Assembly: GCF_000012905.2 (NCBI RefSeq)
Contig: NC_007493.2
Span: 2,400,001 to 2,432,000, forward strand
DNA length: 32,000 bases
Source of the DNA: Cereibacter sphaeroides 2.4.1
Lineage (GTDB): Bacteria > Pseudomonadota > Alphaproteobacteria > Rhodobacterales > Rhodobacteraceae
Direction of reading: 5' to 3'
Shown here: one piece after another, positions 1 through 10,067 of the stretch
Layout: each line of letters opens with the position of its first letter
How positions within the stretch are numbered: the first letter of the stretch is position 1
Position numbers and translations under genes: made by a program
The notes under the pieces: generated by a model
What the model saw: only the letters and a program-made list of their open reading frames with translations
The model's database searches: none
What the model was told of the DNA's origin: nothing

Positions 1-364
1 CTGGATCCTCGGCAATCACGATCCGGCACCCACCGCCTGCGGCGGCAGCCACCGGGCGACCGCGGTGCTTGGCCCCCTCACCTTCCGCCATATCGCGGAG
101 GGCGAGGCCGAGGTCTCGGGCCATTACCATCCGAAATGCGCGCTGGCGGGGCGGGCCCGGCCCTGCTTTCTCCTCGACGGGCGGCGGCTGATCCTGCCGG
201 CCTACGGCGCCTATACCGGCGGGCTCTGGTGCCACGATCCCGCACTGGTGGCGCTGATGCAGCCCGGCGCCCTCGCGATCCTGACCGGCGCCAAGGCGAT
301 CCCGCTGCCGATGCCGCGGCGCGCGCCTCAGACGAGGCCGCGCTCCTCCAGCTTCGCGCGGTGA
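1..364 (+). CDS. pdeM: ligase-associated DNA damage response metallophosphoesterase PdeM, C-terminal part (5' end outside window)
   Basis: Frame 2 is open from the window edge (WILGNHDP...). It carries GNHD and GHYHP metallophosphoesterase motifs. Track ORF 65..364 is the same frame from an internal GTG. Stop TGA at 362-364. Confidence 0.65.
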   Translation, partial: WILGNHDPAPTACGGSHRATAVLGPLTFRHIAEGEAEVSGHYHPKCALAGRARPCFLLDGRRLILPAYGAYTGGLWCHDPALVALMQPGALAILTGAKAIPLPMPRRAPQTRPRSSSFAR

Positions 365-1047
365 GCGCGGCTGACAGGGATGCGGCTGCCGTCGCTGAGC
401 AGCAGGAAGAGCTTGCCCGGCTCGCGCTCGGTTCCCGTCACCGCCGACCAGGCCACCCAGTGCGAGCGGTGGACCTGCGCCCCCGGCACGCCCTCGGTCT
501 CGTCCATGGCGTCCGAAAAGCGCAGCAGAAGGCTCGAGAGCCCGGCGCTCGTCACCACGTCGACATAGTGATCGCGCACCGTCATCGAGACCAGCGCGCC
601 CCTGAGCTCCGGCTCCATCCGCTGCAGGAGCCGCGGCTGCCCGTCCGGCACGGGCTGCGGCCGGGCGCCGAGCCGGACCGACGAAAGGCCCAGCCCCGCG
701 CAGAAGAGCGCGGGCGCCACTTCGAGGGCACTCGGGGCCTCGGGTCCGAAGGCCAGCTGCATCAGCCACCAGATCGGCAGCGTAAGCACCCCGGCCACCG
801 CGAGCGCGAGGCCCGCCCCCCGCTTCAGATCGCGCAGGCCCACGGCCGCGAACCAGACGCGGAGCGCCAGCCCGAGCCCGAGGGTGATGGCGGCCAGTGC
901 GCTCCAGACCAGAAGACGCTCCGGCAGGGCGACGGCCTGATAACTGCCGAAGGGGCCGGACACGGCGAGGCCCACGGAGGTCACAGCCCAGACGATCCAG
1001 GGAAGAGGGGCGGCAAGACATTCGGCGTAAGGGCGCGAGACGGACAA
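328..1047 (-). CDS. membrane-anchored LytTR DNA-binding domain protein (N-terminal multi-TM region, C-terminal LytTR domain, no receiver domain)
   Basis: Track ORF 328..1047. The start is TTG (complement of caa 1045-1047), preceded by GGAGG 6 nt upstream. The N-terminal ~120 aa are hydrophobic. The C-terminus has LytTR hallmarks (DHYVDVVT..., QVHRSHWV, IPVSRAHRAKL). Confidence 0.7.
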   Translation of the reverse strand: MSVSRPYAECLAAPLPWIVWAVTSVGLAVSGPFGSYQAVALPERLLVWSALAAITLGLGLALRVWFAAVGLRDLKRGAGLALAVAGVLTLPIWWLMQLAFGPEAPSALEVAPALFCAGLGLSSVRLGARPQPVPDGQPRLLQRMEPELRGALVSMTVRDHYVDVVTSAGLSSLLLRFSDAMDETEGVPGAQVHRSHWVAWSAVTGTEREPGKLFLLLSDGSRIPVSRAHRAKLEERGLV

Positions 1048-1059
1048 GGAAGCCTCCGC

Positions 1060-1100
1060 AAAACCTGAACGAACGGTCCGTCGCTACAGGACGCGGACCG
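1060..1100 (-). terminator. candidate intrinsic terminator/attenuator downstream of folD
   Basis: 7-bp stem cggtccg (1074-1080) / cggaccg (1094-1100) with a 13-nt loop. On the minus strand it is followed by TTCGTTCAGGTTTTG. It lies between the folD stop (1162) and the LytTR gene SD. Confidence 0.35.
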
Positions 1101-1161
1101 CCCGATCAACTCCGCCGTGTGACGCAGGCGGACGGACTCCCCTTGTGCGCCGCCGCGGGCG

Positions 1162-2052
1162 TCAGGCCGTCAGGCCCTGCGGCTCGGGCAGGCCGTTCGC
1201 ACGGCAGCAGGCGGTCAGCGTGTTGGCCAGCAGGCAGGCGATGGTCATCGGCCCCACGCCGCCCGGCACCGGCGTGATGGCGCCCGCCACCTCGGCGGCG
1301 GAGGCATAGTCCACATCGCCCACGAGCTTCGTCTTGCCGTCGCGCTCGATCCGGTTGATGCCCACGTCGATGACCGTGGCGCCCGGCTTCACGAAATCGC
1401 CGGTGATCATCTCGGGCCGGCCCACCGCCGCCACGAGGATGTCGGCGCCGCGGCAGACGGCGGCGAGGTCCCGGGTCCGCGAGTGGGCGATGGTGACCGT
1501 GCAGCTCTCGCCCAGCAGGAGCTGCGCCATGGGCTTGCCCACGATGTTCGAGCGGCCCACCACGACGGCATTCAGCCCCGAGAGAGCACCCAGATGATCG
1601 CGCAGCATCATCAGACAGCCGAGCGGCGTGCAGGGCACCATGCTCTTCTGCCCGGTGCCGAGACGGCCCACGTTGGAGATGTGGAACCCGTCCACGTCCT
1701 TGGCCGGATCGAGCGCATTGATGACGAGATCCGCATTCAGATGCGCAGGCAGCGGCAGCTGCACGAGGATGCCGTGCACGGCCGGGTCGTGGTTCAGCCG
1801 GTCGATCAGCGCGAGAAGTTCCGCCTCGGAGGTCCCGGCGGGCAGCCGGTGCTCGAACGAGGCCATGCCCACCTCGACCGTCTGCTTGCCCTTGGCGCCC
1901 ACATAGACCTGGCTCGCGGGATCCTCGCCCACGAGGACCACGGCGAGGCCCGGCACGATGCCGTGCCCCTCCTTCAGCCGCGCCACCTCTTCGGCCACCC
2001 GGGCGCGCACGCCCGCCGCGAAGGCCTTGCCGTCGATCCGCTTCGCCGTCAT
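1162..2052 (-). CDS. folD: bifunctional 5,10-methylene-tetrahydrofolate dehydrogenase / 5,10-methenyl-tetrahydrofolate cyclohydrolase
   Basis: C-terminal 296 aa of track ORF 1162..2406, from internal ATG (cat 2050-2052): [14 protein letters not shown]...[13 protein letters not shown]...[10 protein letters not shown]. Full-length FolD-like. The upstream part of the ORF is Arg/Gly junk. Confidence 0.95.
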   Translation of the reverse strand: MTAKRIDGKAFAAGVRARVAEEVARLKEGHGIVPGLAVVLVGEDPASQVYVGAKGKQTVEVGMASFEHRLPAGTSEAELLALIDRLNHDPAVHGILVQLPLPAHLNADLVINALDPAKDVDGFHISNVGRLGTGQKSMVPCTPLGCLMMLRDHLGALSGLNAVVVGRSNIVGKPMAQLLLGESCTVTIAHSRTRDLAAVCRGADILVAAVGRPEMITGDFVKPGATVIDVGINRIERDGKTKLVGDVDYASAAEVAGAITPVPGGVGPMTIACLLANTLTACCRANGLPEPQGLTA

Positions 2053-2339
2053 TCCGTCCCCTCCTGCGGGGCGTCGGGCCCCAGAACCTCTTCCTCGCGC
2101 GCAATCGACCAGTCGATCAGGATGCGCCAGAGCGTTTCGATCAGGGCCGGATCCAGACCTTCGGCCATGGCGCGCACACGGACATTGCGCACCACCTCCT
2201 CGACGCGCGAGTCGATGCGCGCAGGCAGGCCCACGTCGGTCTTGATCTCGGCGGCACGGTCGATGTAGCCCGCGCGCTGCGCCATGAGCCCGACGATCTT
2301 CGCGTCGAGCGCGTCGATCATCGCGCGCAGGTCTTCCAT
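2049..2339 (-). CDS. AroQ-type chorismate mutase family protein (96 aa)
   Basis: Tail of track ORF 2049..2693, from ATG (cat 2337-2339): [33 protein letters not shown]...[19 protein letters not shown]. This matches the CM_2 pattern (LR..ID.lD..l..Ll..R......K). Its stop overlaps the folD start (ATGA, 2049-2052). Confidence 0.78.
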   Translation of the reverse strand: MEDLRAMIDALDAKIVGLMAQRAGYIDRAAEIKTDVGLPARIDSRVEEVVRNVRVRAMAEGLDPALIETLWRILIDWSIAREEEVLGPDAPQEGTE

Positions 2340-2440
2340 CGAGTGGCAATCTTCCGGGGCTCGCACCTTGGTCCTCGCTTCTGGGTCCGGCCCCGGTTTC
2401 AGACACGGGGCACCAGAGGTCAAGGGGGCGAAACGCGCCG

Positions 2441-4114
2441 TCAGAAGAGGCCTTCGATCCGTCCCTCTTCGTCCAGATGGATAAGTTCGGCCGCGGGCTG
2501 GCTCGGCAGGCCTGGCATGGTGCGGATCTCGCCGCAGATCGCGACGACGAATCCCGCGCCGGCCGCCAGCCTCACCTCGCGGATGGGAATGGAGTGCCCC
2601 TCGGGCGCGCCCCGGATCGCCGCATCGGTCGTGAAGCTGTATTGCGTCTTGGCCATGCATACCGGCAGCGCCCCGTATCCCGCTTCCTCCCATGTTCGCA
2701 GCTGGTCGCGGATCACATGGTCGGCAATCACGTCATGTGCGTGATAGATGCGACGTGCCACGGTCTCCATCTTCTCGAAAAGCGGCATGTCGTCGGGATA
2801 GAGCGGCGCGAACATCGAGGGCGTCTCGGCCAGCTCGACCACCTTCTGCGCCAGATCCTCGATCCCGGCCGAGCCTTCCGCCCAGTGGCGGCAGAGGAAC
2901 GCCTCTGCCCCCTGCCCCGCCGCATAGGCGCGCACGGCCTCGATCTCGGCCTCGGTGTCGGTGGTGAAATGGTTGATCGCCACCACGACCGGCACGCCGA
3001 AGCCCTTCACATTGGCGATGTGCCGCCCGAGGTTCGCGCAGCCGCGCCGGAGCGCCGCGACATCCTCGCGCCCGAGATCCTCGCGCGCCACGCCCCCGTT
3101 CATCTTGAGCGCCCGGACCGTGGCCACGACCACGGCGGCCGAGGGCTTCAGCCCCGCCAGCCGGCACTTGATGTCGAAGAACTTCTCGGCCCCGAGATCC
3201 GCCCCGAAGCCCGCCTCGGTCACGACATAGTCGGCCAGCTTCAGCGCCGTGCGCGTGGCGATCACCGAGTTGCAGCCGTGGGCGATGTTGGCGAAAGGTC
3301 CGCCATGGACGAAGGCCGGGTTGTTCTCGATCGTCTGCACGAGGTTCGGCTGCATCGCATCCTTGAGCAGCACGGCCATCGCGCCTGCGGCCTTCAGGTC
3401 GCGGCAATAGACCGGGCTCTTGTCGCGCCGGTAGCCTACGACGATCCGGCCGAGACGGCGTTCGAGATCCTCCAGATCGTCCGCGAGGCAGAGGATCGCC
3501 ATCACCTCGGAGGCCACGGTGATGTCGAAGCCCGTCTGGCGCGGAAATCCGTTCGCCACGCCGCCGAGGTTCACCACCGTGTCGCGCAGCGCGCGGTCGT
3601 TCATGTCCATCACCCGCCGCCAGGTGATGCGCCGGGCGTCGAGCTCCAGCGCGTTGCCCCAGTAGATGTGGTTGTCGATCATGGCCGCCAGCAGGTTGTG
3701 CGCCGCCGTGATCGCGTGGAAATCGCCGGTGAAATGGAGGTTCATATCCTCCATCGGCACGACCTGCGCGCGCCCGCCGCCCGCCGCCCCGCCCTTCATG
3801 CCGAAGTTCGGCCCGAGCGAGGCCTCGCGGATGCAGATGACCGCCTTCTTGCCGATCCGGTTCAGCCCGTCGCCGAGACCGACCGTCGTCGTGGTCTTTC
3901 CCTCGCCCGCGGGCGTGGGGTTGATCGCGGTCACGAGGATGAGCTTGCCGTCCGGCCGACCCTCGAGCCCGCGGATGAAGCCCTGTCCGACCTTGGCCTT
4001 GTCGTGACCGTAGGGGATCAGCGCCTCGGCCGGGATGCCGAGCCCGGCACCGATCTCCTGGATGGGCTTCTTTCGCGCCGCGCGCGCGATCTCGATATCG
4101 GTCTGGACAGCCAT
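2441..4114 (-). CDS. fhs: formate--tetrahydrofolate ligase
   Basis: Track ORF 2441..4660 trimmed to ATG (cat 4112-4114) preceded by GAGGGAGG. 557 aa: [22 protein letters not shown]...[19 protein letters not shown]...; full-length Fhs. Confidence 0.95.
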   Translation of the reverse strand: MAVQTDIEIARAARKKPIQEIGAGLGIPAEALIPYGHDKAKVGQGFIRGLEGRPDGKLILVTAINPTPAGEGKTTTTVGLGDGLNRIGKKAVICIREASLGPNFGMKGGAAGGGRAQVVPMEDMNLHFTGDFHAITAAHNLLAAMIDNHIYWGNALELDARRITWRRVMDMNDRALRDTVVNLGGVANGFPRQTGFDITVASEVMAILCLADDLEDLERRLGRIVVGYRRDKSPVYCRDLKAAGAMAVLLKDAMQPNLVQTIENNPAFVHGGPFANIAHGCNSVIATRTALKLADYVVTEAGFGADLGAEKFFDIKCRLAGLKPSAAVVVATVRALKMNGGVAREDLGREDVAALRRGCANLGRHIANVKGFGVPVVVAINHFTTDTEAEIEAVRAYAAGQGAEAFLCRHWAEGSAGIEDLAQKVVELAETPSMFAPLYPDDMPLFEKMETVARRIYHAHDVIADHVIRDQLRTWEEAGYGALPVCMAKTQYSFTTDAAIRGAPEGHSIPIREVRLAAGAGFVVAICGEIRTMPGLPSQPAAELIHLDEEGRIEGLF

Positions 4115-4194
4115 GGAACCTCCCTCAGGCCTTGCGTGATCGTCTCCCCACGACGGATCTAGCGCCGGGCAGGAAGAAGGTCGAGCCGACCCGG

Positions 4195-4821
4195 CTAGGC
4201 CGTTCGTCGAATATGGGCGATCGCCTGTATCAAACAGAGCGCAAAGGCAAGTTCGAGCACCTCCTCGATCCGGCCCGCCCGCATGCCGATCTCGCGCGGA
4301 ACGTCGATGCCGAAGGGCGCGAGCTTGCGGTCGATGCCGTCGATGGTCTTGGCCACGGCCGCAAAGGCGAGGCCCGCGAAGAGCCACCATGCGCCCGCCT
4401 CCGCCCGGAGAAGCCGCGCCAGCCAGTCGCGCAGGTTCCGGCGCAGGAAACGCACGAGGACCACGAGGATCAGCAGGATGAGAAGCCCGCCGATCACCTT
4501 GTCCGTCCAGCCGCCGGCCCCTGTATAGGTGCGCAGCTTGAGAAGTCCGTGCTCGGTGAGGCTCTTGTCGAAATCGAGCTCGCGCGCGGCCATCAGCAGG
4601 AGCGCCACCGGCACATGCCAGCTCGCAAGGCCGCGCCGCAGTCCCTTGATTTCGAACCACAGGAACGTCGCCGCGCCGAGAAGCACCACGGTCAGAAGCT
4701 CGACCCCCTCGCCTTCCTTGAAGAAGAGGTCGAGGTCGTCGAGGAAGACGAGATTGCCGAGAAGGGCCGCAAGGGTGGCCGTCGCGGAGACGGCAAGGAC
4801 GGTCGGAGGAGTAAAGCTCAA
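4195..4821 (-). CDS. hypothetical integral membrane protein (about 5 TM segments), start uncertain
   Basis: 3' two-thirds of track ORF 4195..5160. Hydrophobic segments and high GC3 begin near [22 protein letters not shown]. Proposed start is TTG (complement of 4819-4821) with GGAAAG 4 nt upstream. The longer ATG-5160 version would run through an AT-rich promoter-like element. No family recognised. Confidence 0.5.
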   Translation of the reverse strand: MSFTPPTVLAVSATATLAALLGNLVFLDDLDLFFKEGEGVELLTVVLLGAATFLWFEIKGLRRGLASWHVPVALLLMAARELDFDKSLTEHGLLKLRTYTGAGGWTDKVIGGLLILLILVVLVRFLRRNLRDWLARLLRAEAGAWWLFAGLAFAAVAKTIDGIDRKLAPFGIDVPREIGMRAGRIEEVLELAFALCLIQAIAHIRRTA

Positions 4822-4900
4822 GGATCTTTCCAGACGGGGCAGCAAGAGGCGGGACGGGACGGATACCCTGACCCGGACCACCAGCGCCCGGGCCGGGGCG

Positions 4901-4909
4901 ATTGTATCA
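4901..4909 (-). promoter_or_regulatory. candidate extended -10 promoter element (TGaTACAAT) for the membrane-protein/fhs unit
   Basis: The minus strand reads TTTGATACAAT (complement of attgtatca 4901-4909) inside the only AT-rich patch (about 4901-4935) of a GC-rich spacer, about 80 nt upstream of the proposed TTG start. No good -35. Motif only. Confidence 0.3.
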
Positions 4910-5324
4910 AAATGATGAATATGCGCCGGAAAGGAAAGAGCGCGTTGCCGTCCCACCACAAGGGATGGGCCGCGGCAAGGGCCGCCTTGCAGCCCGAGAC
5001 GATGGCTCCGGCCCTCTTCCGGAGCAAGACACGCAAGGGTCGGATTGCCGTCGCTTCCGCGACGCGGCAGACCGAATGGCCGCCTCGGCGGGTCCGGGAG
5101 GATGGGACATGCTCCGTAGCCGGGAGCGACTTGGCCGAAGGGCGAGAGGAGGCCCGTCATTCGCAGCGCCGCATGCTCCCCATTCCCGCCTCGACCAGAG
5201 GCGTGGAGATCGATCAGATCCCGGCCCGGCCAGCGGATGTGGGGGCGCCGGGCCCATGGCTCCGTCGCCGACCGCAGGTCCGGGCGGCAGCTCCGGCACC
5301 CGCGCGCAGATCCAGCGCGGGGCG

Positions 5325-5362
5325 CAAAGGAAAGCCCCGAAGCCTTCGCAGGCTTCGGGGCT
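5325..5362 (-). terminator. rho-independent terminator of ftsH
   Basis: Perfect 12-bp stem agccccgaagcc (5333-5344) / ggcttcggggct (5351-5362) with a 6-nt loop. On the minus strand it is followed by TTCCTTTG. It lies 26 nt after the ftsH stop. Confidence 0.7.
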
Positions 5363-5387
5363 CCAAGTCGCTTCCCGGGGGGTCGGC

Positions 5388-7289
<1,902 letters not shown>

Positions 7290-7367
7290 AAATGTCTCCT
7301 TGCAGAGTCTCTCCGCGGGACCACCCGCAGGTCATTGCGGCATAAGATAGACATAAGCGCGGGCCGT

Positions 7368-8606
7368 TCAATGCGATAGTAGAGAAAGAAAATCCCCATT
7401 TTGCAGGGGGTGCGCGACGGCCGTCCAGCCGTTCGACAGTCCCGCGAGGGGGGCCGCCACCAGCGCATCGCCGCGCCAGACGGACGGCGCGGCGAGAAGG
7501 CTCGGCCGCGGCAGGCCCGAGGCCCGCCAGTCGGGGCAGCGGGCCAGACCCTCGGGCCCGAGCGCTCGGGTCTCGAGCCCGTCGGTGGAAAAGTCCGCCC
7601 CTCCCGGAGCTTGCAGATCCCAGCGGCCATCCCAGCGCTCTCCCACGGCCGCCACGACGGACCGGACAGCCTGCCATTCCCGGCCGATCCGCAGCCCTTC
7701 TCGGCGGGGCGCCAGCCGGCATCCGTGGAGCGTGACCGTCGTCCCATCAAAGACGCGGCGCATGGCTTCGCCGAGCGCAGGCCCCCGCGGACCATATTCC
7801 GCCGACGCCACCCATTGCAGCGCGGCCTGCAGCAGCCGGCGCAGGATCTCCGGCGGAAGCTCGAGGACGGGGGGCGCCAGCACCACATCGCCGCGATCCA
7901 CCCGCGCGAGGCGTCCGGCGGCCTCGCGGAGCTGCAGATCGAGCGCATCGCGGACCTCGGCCAGATGGCCCGCCACATCGGCCAGCCGCTCGGGGCGGAG
8001 GCCGAGGTCGGCAAGGCTTTCCATCGCCTGTCGCATCCGCACCCGGTCGAAGGCGGGATTGTCGTTCGAGGGATCCTCGATCCAGCTGGCGCCGCGGCGG
8101 CGCAGATCCGCACGCAGTTCCTCGCGGCCGATCCCGAGCAGCGGGCGCAGCCAGACCATTCCCTCGGCCCGCCGCACCGCCTGCATGGCGGCGAGACCGT
8201 CGACCCCTGCCCCGCGCGCGAGCCGCATGAGGAAGGTCTCGGCCACATCGTCGCGCGTATGGCCGAGCGCCACCGCCTCGAGCCCGGCCCCCCGCGCCCA
8301 ACCCGCGATCAGCCGCAGCCGGGCGCGCCGCGCCTGATCCATCAGGTTGCCGCGCCCGTCCCAGCCCTCCCACCGCAGGATGTCGTGGGGCACCCCAAGG
8401 TCTGCACAGACGCGGCCCACCGCGCGCGCCTCGTCCGCGGCCTCGGGCCGCAGGCCGTGATCCACCGTCACCGCGCGCGTGGCGATCCCCGCCTCGGCCG
8501 CGAGATGCAGCAGCGCCATGGAATCGCCGCCCCCCGAAACGGCGAGGCCCAGGGCCCGCGTCTCGCGCAGCCCCGGGCCCCTCAGGAACCGCTCGCGCAG
8601 CGGCAT
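7368..8606 (-). CDS. tilS: tRNA(Ile)-lysidine synthetase
   Basis: Track ORF 7368..8606, 412 aa. PP-loop SGGGDS near the N-terminus. The ATG overlaps the cpoB stop by 1 nt (TGATG). Confidence 0.9.
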   Translation of the reverse strand: MPLRERFLRGPGLRETRALGLAVSGGGDSMALLHLAAEAGIATRAVTVDHGLRPEAADEARAVGRVCADLGVPHDILRWEGWDGRGNLMDQARRARLRLIAGWARGAGLEAVALGHTRDDVAETFLMRLARGAGVDGLAAMQAVRRAEGMVWLRPLLGIGREELRADLRRRGASWIEDPSNDNPAFDRVRMRQAMESLADLGLRPERLADVAGHLAEVRDALDLQLREAAGRLARVDRGDVVLAPPVLELPPEILRRLLQAALQWVASAEYGPRGPALGEAMRRVFDGTTVTLHGCRLAPRREGLRIGREWQAVRSVVAAVGERWDGRWDLQAPGGADFSTDGLETRALGPEGLARCPDWRASGLPRPSLLAAPSVWRGDALVAAPLAGLSNGWTAVAHPLQNGDFLSLLSH

Positions 8607-9430
8607 CAGCTGCAGCCGAGCCCCTGCATGGTCGTGGCCGCCTCGGCCGCCGACGGGCTGCCCGGGAAGCGGGTGCCCACCTCGGCCAGCGTCACGCAGG
8701 CCTCGGGCGTCTGGCGCAGGTCGCCGAGCGCCCGGCCGAGCTTCAGCAGCGCCTCGGGCGCGCGCGGCCCGTCGGGATCGCCCGAAAAGCTCTCGAGATA
8801 GGCGCGCGCCGCATTGGCCGTCTCGCCCAGCCGGCTCAGCGCCTCGCCGCGCAGATAATGCGCCTCGTAGGTCAGTTGCCCGCCCGTGTAGGTCTCGGCA
8901 AAGGTCTTAAAGAGGTCCGCGGCGGTGCGAAAGTCACCTTGACCGAGCACCTCCTGGGCCCGGTCGAAGTCGGCTTTCTCGTTGACGGCGAAGGTGCCGG
9001 CAGGATCGGCCGCCGGGGCCGGCGCAGGGGTGGGCGCGGGCGCCGCCGAGGCTTCCCCGCCGAGCGGCTTCGTCTCGCCGATGGCGCCGATGTCGCAGCC
9101 CTCCTCGAGCTCGCAGACGCGGAACTCGAGATCGCCCACGCGGTTCGAGCCGTCGCTGACCACGCGGTTGATCTTCAGTTCGAGCGACTCGGCCTTGGCG
9201 GTCACCTGCGCGATGGCCGCCTCCATCGCATCCATGCGTTGGAGGGCCGACCCGCCCGCCGCCCCCGAGGTGGCGGCGCCGGTCGAGACCAGCTCCCGCT
9301 TGAGGTCGTTGAACTGCCCCTGAAGGGCGGCGATCTCGGCCTTGATGTCGGCCAGCGTCTGCGCGCGATCCTGCGCCGCCGCCGACAGCGGCGCCAGCGC
9401 GAGCGCGGCGGCGAGGATCAGGGTGCGCAT
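8606..9430 (-). CDS. cpoB: Tol-Pal system protein CpoB/YbgF (coiled-coil plus TPR-like C-terminus)
   Basis: Track ORF 8606..9448 trimmed to ATG (cat 9428-9430), giving signal peptide MRTLILAAALALAPLSAAAQ. Coiled-coil N-domain and TPR-like C-domain. It lies 4 nt downstream of the pal stop. Confidence 0.85.
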   Translation of the reverse strand: MRTLILAAALALAPLSAAAQDRAQTLADIKAEIAALQGQFNDLKRELVSTGAATSGAAGGSALQRMDAMEAAIAQVTAKAESLELKINRVVSDGSNRVGDLEFRVCELEEGCDIGAIGETKPLGGEASAAPAPTPAPAPAADPAGTFAVNEKADFDRAQEVLGQGDFRTAADLFKTFAETYTGGQLTYEAHYLRGEALSRLGETANAARAYLESFSGDPDGPRAPEALLKLGRALGDLRQTPEACVTLAEVGTRFPGSPSAAEAATTMQGLGCS

Positions 9431-9434
9431 GGGA

Positions 9435-9983
9435 TCAGACCCCCGCACCCATCGAGAGCACCGTCACGGCCCGGCGGTTCTTCGAGTAGCAGGCCTCGGT
9501 CGAGCAGACCTCGACCGGGCGCTCCTTGCCGTAGGAGACGGTCTTCATCCGCGACGGCGCGATGCCCTTCGAGATCAGGTAGTCCTGCACCGCCGAGGCG
9601 CGGCGGGCGCCGAGGGCGAGGTTGTATTCCCGCGTGCCCTGCTCGTCCGCGTGGCCTTCGATGATGATCGCATAGTCGGCGTTCGACATCAGCCACTGCG
9701 ACTGGGTGTCGAGCGTGGCGCGCGCCGCATCGTTCAGCGTGCTCTGGTCGACGGTGAAGAACACCCGGTCGCCGAGGGTCTGCTGGAAATAGGCGATCGA
9801 GCGCGGATCGTTCGGCCCGCCGAGACCCTGGCTGTCGATGCCGCCCGCGCCGTAGCCGCCCGACCCATAGCCGCCCGTGCCGCCGGCCCCTCCGGCCCCG
9901 CCCGCGCCGTAGCGGTCGGGATTGTTGCAGGCGGCAAGGCCCAGGGCCGCCAGGAGAATCAGGGCCTTCGGAAGATGGGTCAT
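9435..9983 (-). CDS. pal: peptidoglycan-associated lipoprotein Pal (OmpA-like domain)
   Basis: Track ORF 9435..10061 trimmed to ATG (cat 9981-9983) with GAAGGA SD. Lipobox LGLAAC, a Gly-rich linker, and an OmpA-like domain (EGHADEQGTREYNLALGARRA). Confidence 0.92.
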   Translation of the reverse strand: MTHLPKALILLAALGLAACNNPDRYGAGGAGGAGGTGGYGSGGYGAGGIDSQGLGGPNDPRSIAYFQQTLGDRVFFTVDQSTLNDAARATLDTQSQWLMSNADYAIIIEGHADEQGTREYNLALGARRASAVQDYLISKGIAPSRMKTVSYGKERPVEVCSTEACYSKNRRAVTVLSMGAGV

Positions 9984-10067
9984 GGAAATGTCCTTCGCAG
10001 ATCGGGCGCAGTGCGGCCGAAGGTAACAGGTTTGGCCGCCGCGGGGAACGGCGGCCGGCATGTCATG

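Noticed and set aside
4822-5160. N-terminal 113-codon extension of the membrane-protein ORF (ATG at 5160)
   Set aside because: The extension is hydrophilic Arg/Pro/Gly-rich with mixed GC3. It runs through the AT-rich promoter-like element at about 4901-4935. Hydrophobic, coding-like sequence only starts near 4821.
5035-5195. Fragments resembling the ZTP (pfl) riboswitch on the plus strand (GGGTCGG..., CCGGGAGCGAC, CCCGCCTCGACC). This is tempting because ZTP riboswitches typically control fhs/folD/purH.
   Set aside because: They are on the wrong strand for fhs/folD, which are on minus; the plus strand here leads only into antisense ftsH. The spacing between sub-domains is much longer than in the motif as I remember it. 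The 3' CCGCCUGGGC element is not matched. I found no such motif on the minus strand upstream of the membrane gene, fhs or the CM gene. An Infernal scan with RF01750 would settle it.
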